A DNA stretch of 64,000 nucleotides from Nitrosopumilus sp. (GCA_963667665.2 OY763927.2:1152001-1216000); one strand, 5' to 3'. Shown: positions 41,737 to 50,245, counted from the stretch's first letter. The notes: generated from the letters alone by a model not told the origin. Program-made: numbers and translations.

Positions 41737-44700
41737 TAGATTTTCTCCTTGATTAGTAATCGTGGTGCAATGTTAAGACTCTGCATTTCTTGTAAGAGTA
41801 GTTTGAATGCATATGCTACAGATACTGATGATACTTTGGCTTTATCACCACAAACTCTGCAGACATATTTTCTTTGTTTTACATCATGATAAGCTACCAA
41901 ACCACATCTTTCACATACAAAGATATCAGATTTATCAGATTCATCAAGTAATCTATCTTTTAGAATCATTGATGCACCATAAGCAATCAAACAATCTCTT
42001 TCCATTTCACCAAATCTTAATCCACCACCTCTTGCTCTTCCTTCTGTTGGTTGTTTGGTTAACATCTGTACTTGTCCACGTGCTCTTGCATGGATTTTAT
42101 CTGCAACCATGTGATGAAGTTTTTGATAATATACAACTCCAATAAAGACATCAACGGGGAATGATTTTCCAGTTCGACCGTCATACATTATTTCCTTACC
42201 AGAATATTTGAAATTGTGTGCATCCATTACTTCTTTAACTTCATCCATTTTTTCTCCAACAAATGCAGAACCATCAAATCGTTTTCCACGAAATGCTGCA
42301 GCCTTTCCACAAATTGATTCCATCATCATTCCAACTGTCATTCTTGATGGGAATGCATGAGGATTAATCAAAACATCAGGAGACATTCCTTCTTTTGTAT
42401 ATGGTAAATCTTCTGCTTTAGCTAAAATTCCCATTACGCCCTTTTGTCCGTGTCTTGATGCAAACTTGTCACCAATCTCTGGAATTCTCATATCTCTTGC
42501 TCTAATTTTATACATTTTTCCGCCTTCGTTTGATTGAGTCATAACAACAGTATCTACAACTCCAGTTTCAGAAGGTCTTACACCAATAGAAGTATCACGT
42601 CTGTAGGGACCAGTTGATTCAAACTCTCTATATTCTTCCATAAATCGTGGAGGACTAGTTTTTCCAATCAAAATATCTCCTCCTTTAATTGGAGATTCTG
42701 ATGCAACTACACCATCTTCTTCTAGTAATCTGTATGCGCGCTCTCCTTTGTAGCCTCGAATGTTATCTTCAGCATTTGGAATCTCAAAGCTATCACGCAT
42801 TCCACCTGGGTATTGTTTTGCTTCAGCATCGTATATTCTAAAGAAGAAACTTCTTCCTAATCCTCTATCAACTGATGCTTGACTAAGTACAATTGCATCT
42901 TCAATATTGTAACCATCAAATGGCAATACTGCAACAATACAATTTTGACCTGCTGGTCTGTCTTCTAGTCCTAAAAGCTTCATTGCTTTAGTATTAACAA
43001 TTGGGACTTGGGGATATAACATAAAGTGTTGTCTAACATATGTACTAGTATTCATCATTGGTGTAGAGAATCCTAAACTTTGTTTTGCCATTGCAGATTC
43101 GTATGTATTTCTTGGAGATTGGTTGTGTTCAGGATATGGAATTATTGAAGCACCAGCACCAAGGATTGCTGGGGGGAATACTTCAAGGTGAGTACGCTTT
43201 TTTGTATCTTTGTCATCTAAAGTAACATAACAATTTTCTTCTTCATTTGCATCAATCATTTCCAAAACACCCATTCTCAAAAGATCAGTCCAAGAAAGTA
43301 ATTTCTTTGAAATTTTATCCAATAGATCTTGTGTTAACAATGATTTGTTATCTTTGATAATAATTAATGGTCGTAAGACACGTCCTGCATTACAATTCAC
43401 ATAAAGTCTTCTTGTTGAACCTTCAATGTCAGATTTATGAAATGAAATTCCAACATGAGGATGAATCTTTGAGTTTCGTCTAAGGTCTCTAAGTAATTCT
43501 GCTAGTTCTCCACCATCTTTGAAATATCCAATTAAGCGACCGTCAACAAATATTCTGGTTCCATCTTTTTTCAAATCTTCTTTTGCATCAAAGAAATGTA
43601 CGGTTCCAAGATCATAGAGTTTTTCCACAATTTCTTCAGAGGGAACATTAACTGAGATAATTCCAGATAGTGCCAAATTTTTTACTAAACCACAATTCGA
43701 GCCTTCTGGAGTTTCACTTGGACAAATTCGTCCAAAGTGAGTTGCATGCAAGTCTCTTGCTTGAAAGTTTGGCTGAGTTCTACTAAGTGGAGATTGAATT
43801 CTTCTAAGATGACTAATAGTTGAAAGATAATTGGTTCTATCAAGTAATTGAGTAACACCAACACGTCCACGTCCCCAGTTTCCAGTTGCAATAGCATTGT
43901 TTAGTTTATCAGTAATTATTCCTGGACGAATTGCTGCAGCCACTGCATTAATTCCACGTTTTTGGCCTGATCTTTCTAATTGATATTTCATATCTCTAAC
44001 AAGATTTCTAAATGCAGTTCTAAACAGGTCTGCTAACATTTGACCTGCAAATTTTATGACTTTGTTTCCATAGTGATCTTTATCATCAGATGTAATCCAT
44101 CCAAGTTTTAATTCTAATAGTTTACAAGCTGCTTCTCCTAAGAATTGGGCTTTTTCTTTTCTGTTTTCAGGATGCTTACCCAAGTGTGGTAACAATCCCC
44201 AATCCAGTAAAGTCTCTGCGCGTTTTATCTGGAATTCTTCTAACATTCCAGGTGCAATTCTTTTACTGATGTAAACAATTGCATCTTTTGATGTTGCAAC
44301 ATCAGCTGCTTTTTCAAATGAACCTTCTAATTCATCTTGCAAGTCATCTACCAATGAAACCACTCCAGCAATCTCTCTATCAGATTCTAATCCAAGTGCT
44401 CTCATCAATATTACAACTGGAATATCAACTGGGGAGCCAGGAATTCTAGCGACAATTAGTCCATCATTTTTCATTACAAGTTCTAATTTTGCGCGATAAC
44501 CAACAATTGAAGAATAGACTTTGGCTTTGAAAACAATATTTCCACCAACAGTTTCTCTATCAACAATAATTTTATTGTAAGAAAGATCTTCTAATCCTAC
44601 AATGACTCGTTCAGAACCATTGATGATAAAGTAACCACCAGGATCATTTGGATCTTCACCATGTTCAATTAATTTTTGAGTAGAAAAGTTATGTAAGATA

Positions 44701-45083
44701 CATGCATTTGATTTTGCCATAACTGGAACATCGCCGATATGAACAAATCTAGATTCCAAAATTTTTCCATCTTCTACAACACTTGCCTCCATCATTACAG
44801 GTGCAGAGTATGAAACATTTCTTAGTCTTGCTTCAGCAGGGGTGATATGAGTAATAGAACCGTCAAGTTCCATCATTCGTGGTTGTTGAAGTTTAACTTT
44901 ACCTAGTTGAATTTTGTAAGGATATTCAGCGTTTTCAATATCTATTTGGCTGACTTCATTGATAATGCTTTGAAGACCTCTTTCTAAAAATTCATCAAAG
45001 GAGTTGAGATGTTGACGTGCAATACCTTCACGTTTTAGAATATCTTGAATTACAGGCCAGCGTTTGTTAGAAGGATGAACCAT
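41736..45083 (-). CDS. rpoB: RNA polymerase subunit Rpo2 (B, unsplit)
   Basis: GDKFASRHGQKG and GGLRFGEMERD motifs; C-terminal Zn finger. Confidence 0.98.
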   Translation of the reverse strand: MVHPSNKRWPVIQDILKREGIARQHLNSFDEFLERGLQSIINEVSQIDIENAEYPYKIQLGKVKLQQPRMMELDGSITHITPAEARLRNVSYSAPVMMEASVVEDGKILESRFVHIGDVPVMAKSNACILHNFSTQKLIEHGEDPNDPGGYFIINGSERVIVGLEDLSYNKIIVDRETVGGNIVFKAKVYSSIVGYRAKLELVMKNDGLIVARIPGSPVDIPVVILMRALGLESDREIAGVVSLVDDLQDELEGSFEKAADVATSKDAIVYISKRIAPGMLEEFQIKRAETLLDWGLLPHLGKHPENRKEKAQFLGEAACKLLELKLGWITSDDKDHYGNKVIKFAGQMLADLFRTAFRNLVRDMKYQLERSGQKRGINAVAAAIRPGIITDKLNNAIATGNWGRGRVGVTQLLDRTNYLSTISHLRRIQSPLSRTQPNFQARDLHATHFGRICPSETPEGSNCGLVKNLALSGIISVNVPSEEIVEKLYDLGTVHFFDAKEDLKKDGTRIFVDGRLIGYFKDGGELAELLRDLRRNSKIHPHVGISFHKSDIEGSTRRLYVNCNAGRVLRPLIIIKDNKSLLTQDLLDKISKKLLSWTDLLRMGVLEMIDANEEENCYVTLDDKDTKKRTHLEVFPPAILGAGASIIPYPEHNQSPRNTYESAMAKQSLGFSTPMMNTSTYVRQHFMLYPQVPIVNTKAMKLLGLEDRPAGQNCIVAVLPFDGYNIEDAIVLSQASVDRGLGRSFFFRIYDAEAKQYPGGMRDSFEIPNAEDNIRGYKGERAYRLLEEDGVVASESPIKGGDILIGKTSPPRFMEEYREFESTGPYRRDTSIGVRPSETGVVDTVVMTQSNEGGKMYKIRARDMRIPEIGDKFASRHGQKGVMGILAKAEDLPYTKEGMSPDVLINPHAFPSRMTVGMMMESICGKAAAFRGKRFDGSAFVGEKMDEVKEVMDAHNFKYSGKEIMYDGRTGKSFPVDVFIGVVYYQKLHHMVADKIHARARGQVQMLTKQPTEGRARGGGLRFGEMERDCLIAYGASMILKDRLLDESDKSDIFVCERCGLVAYHDVKQRKYVCRVCGDKAKVSSVSVAYAFKLLLQEMQSLNIAPRLLIKEKI

Positions 45084-45334
45084 TATACTTCCACCACATA
45101 TCGGTAATAGAGACTCGTACCAGCAGTTGGGCTTTTTCGGGTAATCTTTATCAAATCACCTGGTTTTACACCAAGTCCCAAAATTGCAGGATCAGTTACA
45201 AAAATTAATGGTAATTCAGTTGGGTTACAATTGTATTTTTCTAAAACTTGCTCAGCTTCTTGTTTTGAAATAATTTCATGTTTTGGAACATAGATATGAT
45301 CAGGAACTAGAACTTGATTTTTCTTAGTTGCCAT
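45083..45334 (-). CDS. rpoH: RNA polymerase subunit Rpo5 (H)
   Basis: HIYVPKHE, LPLI..DP and RKSPTAG..YYR motifs. Confidence 0.96.
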   Translation of the reverse strand: MATKKNQVLVPDHIYVPKHEIISKQEAEQVLEKYNCNPTELPLIFVTDPAILGLGVKPGDLIKITRKSPTAGTSLYYRYVVEV

Positions 45335-45510
45335 CTATAAGACCTCCATTAGAACATTAAATGTAATAGTAAAGAATACACACAAACTGTAAAAAATTCC
45401 GTTCAGGTTAATATATATCTAATCTGAAATTCGTCGCAACAAGTGTTTTTTCTTATTTGTCAATAAATTTTTTCACAACCTTAAATAGTGTAAATTTAGG
45501 CGTAGAATTG

Positions 45511-46347
45511 ATGAAAGCTTATCTATCGGTGTTTGCCCTATCTGCAATTTTAATTGCAAGTATTGGTATGGCACCAGCATTTGGACAAAGCTCACTTGTA
45601 GTAACTACAGACAAAGCATCCTATTCAGAAGGTGATACTGTAGAAATTACAGGAGAAGTTGCTCAACTTCTAGGAGGATATGCCTTATCTGTCAGAGTGA
45701 TAGCACCAAATGGAAATATTGTTTCCATTGAACAGCTCACAGTTGGTGCAGATAAAAAATTCAGTTTTAGTACAACTGCAGGCGGCCCACTATGGAAGAG
45801 TGGAGGAACTTATACAGTTCTAGTCCAATATGGAGACAACAAAAATAATTCAGGAACAACATCATTTGAATTTGGTGGTTCTACAACGACACCACCAACT
45901 GAAGTAGAAGGATCAGTGTTAACTGATACAACTGTTTCAGTTTCAGGTTCTAGTGATTTGATAGGATATGAGATTACAGGTGGAAAACTACTAGGCATCG
46001 TAACTGATTTTGATGCAAATTCACTGATCATATCTATTCAAGCTGATGAGGATGGCACATTAATCCTTACAATACCTAGATCGGTGTTAGATGCAACAAT
46101 TAATGGTGAAGATGATGACTTCTTTATCTTAATTGATGGAGAAGAAGTAGACTTTGATGAAACAACCACATCAACAGACAGAACACTTACCATAGCATTT
46201 CCAGCAGGTGCTGAAGAGATCGAGATAATCGGTACCTTTGTGATTCCAGAATTTGGTACAATTGCAGTCATGATTCTAGCAGTAGCAATTATCTCAATAA
46301 TTGCAGTATCTGCAAAGTCAAGACTTAGTATTATGCCAAGATACTAA
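45511..46347 (+). CDS. PEFG-CTERM sorting-domain surface protein 1
   Basis: Signal peptide, Ig-like domain, VIPEFG + TM helix + basic tail; start taken at ATG 45511. Confidence 0.9.
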   Translation: MKAYLSVFALSAILIASIGMAPAFGQSSLVVTTDKASYSEGDTVEITGEVAQLLGGYALSVRVIAPNGNIVSIEQLTVGADKKFSFSTTAGGPLWKSGGTYTVLVQYGDNKNNSGTTSFEFGGSTTTPPTEVEGSVLTDTTVSVSGSSDLIGYEITGGKLLGIVTDFDANSLIISIQADEDGTLILTIPRSVLDATINGEDDDFFILIDGEEVDFDETTTSTDRTLTIAFPAGAEEIEIIGTFVIPEFGTIAVMILAVAIISIIAVSAKSRLSIMPRY

Positions 46348-46351
46348 AATT

Positions 46352-46370
46352 CATCTTTTTTTCTCTTTTT
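46352..46370 (+). terminator. T-rich archaeal terminator after PEFG gene 1 (same sequence after gene 2, ~51090-51108)
   Basis: CATCTTTTTTTCTCTTTTT shortly after the stop codon. Confidence 0.6.
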
Positions 46371-46372
46371 AA

Positions 46373-46428
46373 GATTCTGGGTAATCTGAGGGGTTTGTTT
46401 TGAATAATTCTCCGTGTTTACTTTCGGG
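46373..46428 (+). repeat. Left terminal inverted repeat
   Basis: GATTC-TGGGTAATCTGAGGGGTTTGTTTTGAATAATTCTCCGTGTTTACTTTCGGG. Confidence 0.9.
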
Positions 46429-46493
46429 TGTTTGTTAAGTATAGAATCTAAGTCTTGAAAAGATAAATTGAATATATCATATTCTCATAATAC

Positions 46494-46712
46494 ATGAGAT
46501 CGATTTATACTATAATTCAATATGTCTGTGTAGATGATTTCATCGATTATTCTTTTTGGGGGCTTGTCGTAGGACTTGTCACTCTTGCTGGCGGAACTGG
46601 TTTAGCATTATATTTGTATTTTAGAACAAAGAAAGATATTGATGCTATTGGCTTACATGATGATGTTATTGTAAGTAGACTAAGTTCGGCAGGCATAGAG
46701 ATTACGGATTGA
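46494..46712 (+). CDS. Small single-TM hypothetical protein (transposon cargo)
   Basis: FWGLVVGLVTLAGGTGLALYLYF TM segment followed by RTKK; start uncertain, may be a remnant. Confidence 0.5.
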   Translation: MRSIYTIIQYVCVDDFIDYSFWGLVVGLVTLAGGTGLALYLYFRTKKDIDAIGLHDDVIVSRLSSAGIEITD

Positions 46713-46753
46713 ACAAATAAATTCATAAATATAGGAATTTTTGAATATTATGT

Positions 46754-46897
46754 ATGTCTGAAACCACAATTAAGAAATCGACATTATCTAATCCAGATAA
46801 TGAAATAGAAGTTACAACAACTTTTCAAACAAAAACAACAATTGTTAATAATAATACTGAATATGACAAGGTAGATGACGACAAAGAAGAATATTGA
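46754..46897 (+). CDS. Possible 47-aa acidic, Thr-rich microprotein (cargo)
   Basis: Manual translation MSETTIKKSTLSNPDNEIEVTTTFQTKTTIVNNNTEYDKVDDDKEEY; TATA-like ATAAATA ~25 bp upstream; overlaps the next ORF. Confidence 0.35.
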   Translation: MSETTIKKSTLSNPDNEIEVTTTFQTKTTIVNNNTEYDKVDDDKEEY

Positions 46898-47312
46898 TTT
46901 TGAAGTTATAAAAGAAAGGTGGGGTAAATACACCTTAAATGATGGCTCAGTTTTAAAAATTAGATTTATTTTAACAAACATAAAAACATGGAATGAAAAC
47001 GGAGAGAAAAAATACACTGCAAATAATCAAGTCATTCAAACAATTCTTTCTGCTGAACATCTAATTGGAGAACCAGCAAAGGCTACATTTACACCCGAAG
47101 TATTACAAAAAAATATAGAAAAAGATGATTTATCATATGAGCAGTTAGAAACCCCAGTTAATGAATACATTTTAGATGATGGAACAAAACTCAAACTTTT
47201 CCCTCAAGTAATAAGAGTCGATAGATCTTCATTAAAAAATAAACTTGGTGAACCTATCTATATGGTAACTACCAATGTAACAATTAATTATAATTTACCT
47301 AAAACATCATAG
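46875..47312 (+). CDS. Hypothetical protein with an internally duplicated beta-rich domain (cargo)
   Basis: Two copies: IDFEVIKERWGKYTLNDGSVLKI and LSYEQLETPVNEYILDDGTKLKL. Confidence 0.8.
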   Translation: MTTKKNIDFEVIKERWGKYTLNDGSVLKIRFILTNIKTWNENGEKKYTANNQVIQTILSAEHLIGEPAKATFTPEVLQKNIEKDDLSYEQLETPVNEYILDDGTKLKLFPQVIRVDRSSLKNKLGEPIYMVTTNVTINYNLPKTS

Positions 47313-47336
47313 ATGAATCCTATGATCTATGTGATT

Positions 47337-48449
47337 TTATTTTTTACTGGAATTTTGAATTAAGGTTATCCATTTGTTTTTTCCATTAATTTTAATTCCT
47401 GCCCTATCTGCTGGAGTATCATTATTCAATCCCATGTGGGAACGGATGTAATTATGATGAATCTGCATACCTGTAATAATTGGAGAGTCATCTTTTTTCA
47501 ATCCTCTCATGACCTTTTCCCTGTCTCTAAGTTCTCCGTTAAGTCTCTCCATTTTGTTGTTGTTCATATCTCCCTTAAAGTGAACATGACGAATGTGGAT
47601 TGATTGATCTATTTTGTATCTTGAATACCATTCCTTTTTGTGGGCTTGCTGAAAGTTTCTAGCACCGTCTGAAATGAGTACTTTGGGTTTCTTTCCTGCA
47701 ACTTTTACACTTTCCTTAAACATTGGTCTTACATCCTCAGTGTACTTTGTATTTGAAACCTGTTTTGCAATCCAGAATCTAGTTTCATCATCCATCATTA
47801 CATAGAGATATTTTCTATCCCCTTTAATTTTGAGATATAGTTCGTCAGTTCTCCACTTGTCTGAAACTTGTGGTGTAATTTTTTCAAGATATTTCTCCAT
47901 AAGATTTGTATATTTTCTAATCCAATTCCATACTGTTTTGTGAGTTACTTTGACTCCTTGCAACTCTAAGAATCTCTGAGTATTCCTTAATGACTCTCCT
48001 GTAAAGTATAGTTGTAATGCAGATGTTATCATTTGAGGACTTGCTTTCATTTTCTCAAAGCCCAGATTGATTGAGAATTTCTTCTCACAGTTCTTGCATT
48101 TGAATCTCTGAATATCATAGTTTTTGTTGTGTCTAACTCCATCTTTTTTGAGATTAACAGATTCACAATTAGGGCAGGATTGATTATTAATTTCATTTAT
48201 GGTAACTTGTTGTTTTACTATCTCTCTAATTTCAAGTGAAACCTCTACTGCATGGATGTGTTTGCAACAAATTTGTCTGAATGTGTGATCAGGACAGGAA
48301 CATTCCCATCCTTGTTCAGTTGAGATAACGTCATAGTATTTGTTTTGTGATTGTGATTTTACTAGGTAGTAATGACTATCAATTCTCTTGATCTGGTCTT
48401 GTTTTTCTGCAATCTTTTTTCCTCTTTGTTGTCTTGGGTTTGGTTTCAT
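47337..48449 (-). CDS. DDE transposase (IS6/IS240-like core) with N-terminal SWIM finger and Zn ribbon
   Basis: SWIM CSCPD...CKH; CPNC...CKNC; HTH; WRTDE, LISDG and NNNKMER catalytic motifs; HNYIRSH..L..TPA; start taken at ATG 48449. Confidence 0.92.
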   Translation of the reverse strand: MKPNPRQQRGKKIAEKQDQIKRIDSHYYLVKSQSQNKYYDVISTEQGWECSCPDHTFRQICCKHIHAVEVSLEIREIVKQQVTINEINNQSCPNCESVNLKKDGVRHNKNYDIQRFKCKNCEKKFSINLGFEKMKASPQMITSALQLYFTGESLRNTQRFLELQGVKVTHKTVWNWIRKYTNLMEKYLEKITPQVSDKWRTDELYLKIKGDRKYLYVMMDDETRFWIAKQVSNTKYTEDVRPMFKESVKVAGKKPKVLISDGARNFQQAHKKEWYSRYKIDQSIHIRHVHFKGDMNNNKMERLNGELRDREKVMRGLKKDDSPIITGMQIHHNYIRSHMGLNNDTPADRAGIKINGKNKWITLIQNSSKK

Positions 48450-48459
48450 GTTGTTATAG

Positions 48460-48473
48460 TTATGGTACCATAA
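48460..48473. promoter_or_regulatory. Perfect 14-bp palindrome TTATGGTACCATAA in the divergent transposase/AbrB promoter
   Basis: Seen directly; abuts TATA-like TTTAAAA at 48474-48480. Confidence 0.55.
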
Positions 48474-48483
48474 TTTAAAATAC

Positions 48484-48912
48484 ATGAACTATCCTAAACA
48501 AATTATGAAACTACAAAAAGTTCATGCGTACAACTATGGGGATAAAGCCCACCACAAGTATGTGATAACCTTGCCTGAGGAATTGATTGGTGAATTAAAG
48601 TGGGAACATGGTAGTGAATTAGAAGTTAAAAAACTTAAAGATAAAATTCAAATTTCATTTGTTTCAAAACCCGTCAAAAATCCGAAACCTAAGAACATAA
48701 AACCAAAGATGCCATATAGTGAATTTAGAGAAAAAATCCAAAATGCTTTGGAGTATAGAGATGATGGGGCTACATGGACTGAATTACGAGATCAATTAGA
48801 ATTAGAGCAAGTCGTACCTAATAACAAATGGGTTAGACAATTAGAGAAAGACATCGGACTAAAACGAATTAGAGACATGAAAGGAGTTGTGTGGCGAATT
48901 AGTCATGTCTAA
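48484..48912 (+). CDS. AbrB/MazE-like DNA-binding protein with a C-terminal helical (wHTH-like) domain (cargo)
   Basis: KYVITLPEELIGELKWEHGSELEV swapped-hairpin motif; GATWTELRDQLEL C-terminal domain; start may be ATG 48505. Confidence 0.78.
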   Translation: MNYPKQIMKLQKVHAYNYGDKAHHKYVITLPEELIGELKWEHGSELEVKKLKDKIQISFVSKPVKNPKPKNIKPKMPYSEFREKIQNALEYRDDGATWTELRDQLELEQVVPNNKWVRQLEKDIGLKRIRDMKGVVWRISHV

Positions 48913-49683
48913 GGGATTAAAGGCGTTTGATGATGTTAAAGTAGAAACAACAGTTGAGAAAAAATATTTTGAAGATCTTATTGTTTTAGGTAATGCTGTA
49001 CCTGATGAAATTAGTGACAATAGAAAAACTGTTTGCACAGTAGCGTTTTCAAAAGAACATGGACTGATTAGAATTTATCCAGTACCGCCATACTCTCCAA
49101 TGAAAAGGTGGAATGTAGTTTCTTTGCCCTTAGAAAGAAATACAAAAGATAGTAGAGATGAAAGTTGGAAAATTCAAGGCTCAAAAACAGAATGGGAGAC
49201 ATTATCAGATAAAATAATAGTAAAGCGAAAATTATCAAGAAAAGAGTGGGTAGAACTAATTACATATTTGAAAGAAAATCATAGTTATGGTTGTATCGAA
49301 GATATTAATGATAAAAAATTGAGTTTAGGAATAATTGTCCCAAAAATTATTGATAAGAATTTAGAAAAAATGTGGATTCTACTGTTCAAACCACATTAGT
49401 GAATGATGACTTATTCATGACAATTCAAAATTATGGAGTTCGTCCAGTTATTACATATAGTTGTCCCCATTGTAGAACTAAAAAACAACAACACAAACAG
49501 GGCGTGTTGGAATGGGGAGTGTATGAGTGGTTACGTTATAATCCTGTTGAAAAAGTTCAAGATCAAGTTTGGGATAATCTACACATTGATGAATCAGGGT
49601 ATGACCAAACGTTTCTTGTTGGCAATATGAATCTCCATAGGAGTAGATTTTTGATTATTAGTATTTTCAGGTACAAACTTTGA
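48905..49683 (+). pseudogene. One ~259-aa gene split by a -1 frameshift at A6 (49365-49370); putative OB-fold-like, DUF488-associated protein
   Basis: Adding one A joins ORFs 48905-49399 and 49372-49683 (…LEK-N-VDSTVQ…). The halves carry complementary motifs: TVCTVA/LIRIYPVP/DSRDESW and CPHC...H/EWG/FLVGN/FLIISIF. Confidence 0.72.
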
Positions 49684-50040
49684 TTGTAACAATCTAGGAT
49701 CTTCAACCAACTCTCTAACCATGTGTCTGTGACAAGGGCAGCCATCTTTTTCATAACAAAGTAATGTAATGTCTTGCATGTTGCTTCTAGCTTGTAATGC
49801 ATGAATTGCTTCAACACTATCCATATTGTCTCTTAACTCAGACAATAGGGTTATTTTAAAATCATCCCAATCTACTTCAGTATTTTTGTATCGTTTTAGT
49901 AATTCTGCACTTGAGGCTAACTCTCGTACCCAAATATCATATTTTTCTCGTTTAACTCCCCTAGGATACCATCTAGTAATCAAAACTCGAAGTCCATCTT
50001 CTTCTTCGATTGGTTTGTAAATGGACTTTGTCTTAATCAC
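49594..50040 (-). CDS. DUF488 (YeaO-like) family protein (cargo)
   Basis: KSIY...DGLRVLITRWYPRGV, W.RELASS.EL and ITLLCYE...CHR motifs. Confidence 0.88.
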   Translation of the reverse strand: MIKTKSIYKPIEEEDGLRVLITRWYPRGVKREKYDIWVRELASSAELLKRYKNTEVDWDDFKITLLSELRDNMDSVEAIHALQARSNMQDITLLCYEKDGCPCHRHMVRELVEDPRLLQSKFVPENTNNQKSTPMEIHIANKKRLVIP

Positions 50041-50143
50041 GGCTGTTCGCCTTTATCCTTGCACAAAATATAATTCATGATCCGATGTTGAAAAGCAAGG
50101 ATCAAAGGAGAGAGATCGAGAAAAGTTGACTTTTTACTTAGCC

Positions 50144-50199
50144 CCCGATAGTAAACAAGTAGAAGATTTGAAAATAAACCCTTCAGATTACCCACTTCC
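50144..50199 (-). repeat. Right terminal inverted repeat
   Basis: Reverse complement reads GGAAG-TGGGTAATCTGAAGGGTTTATTTTCAAATCTTCTACTTGTTTACTATCGGG. Confidence 0.9.
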
Positions 50200-50200
50200 C

Positions 50201-50220
50201 TTTTTAAATATACATAAATA
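50201..50220 (+). promoter_or_regulatory. Probable BRE/TATA promoter TTTTTAAATATACATAAATA (identical copy at ~51104-51123)
   Basis: Same 20-mer ends ~25 bp before the ATG of PEFG genes 2 and 3, consistent with leaderless transcripts. Confidence 0.65.
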
Positions 50221-50245
50221 CCAAAGATATCTGGATTGAAACAGG

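Larger units (their letters stand above)
46373..50199. mobile_element. 3,827-bp cargo-carrying unit transposon with an IS6-like DDE transposase
   Basis: Imperfect terminal inverted repeats (42/51 identical over positions 6-56); 8-bp direct repeat CTTTTTAA at 46365-46372 and 50200-50207; the reconstructed empty site matches the intact junction at ~51080-51123. Confidence 0.92.

Noticed and set aside
50055-50102. 8-bp inverted repeat ATCCTTGC/GCAAGGAT upstream of DUF488
   Set aside because: Short arms with a ~32-nt spacer; insufficient support for a structure or operator.
50139-50152. TAGCCCCCGATAGT resembles the 5' end of tRNA-Gln (TAGCCCGATAGT), suggesting an att site
   Set aside because: Short and gapped, no integrase present, and the sequence is explained as the inner part of the right TIR.
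46378-50194. Alternative TG...CA element boundaries (Mu/Tn7/IS3-like ends)
   Set aside because: No TSD flanks these ends. Boundaries 5 bp further out give an exact 8-bp TSD and a perfect empty-site match.
46373-50199. Casposon or provirus
   Set aside because: No Cas1-like casposase, PolB, tyrosine integrase or virion genes; too small.
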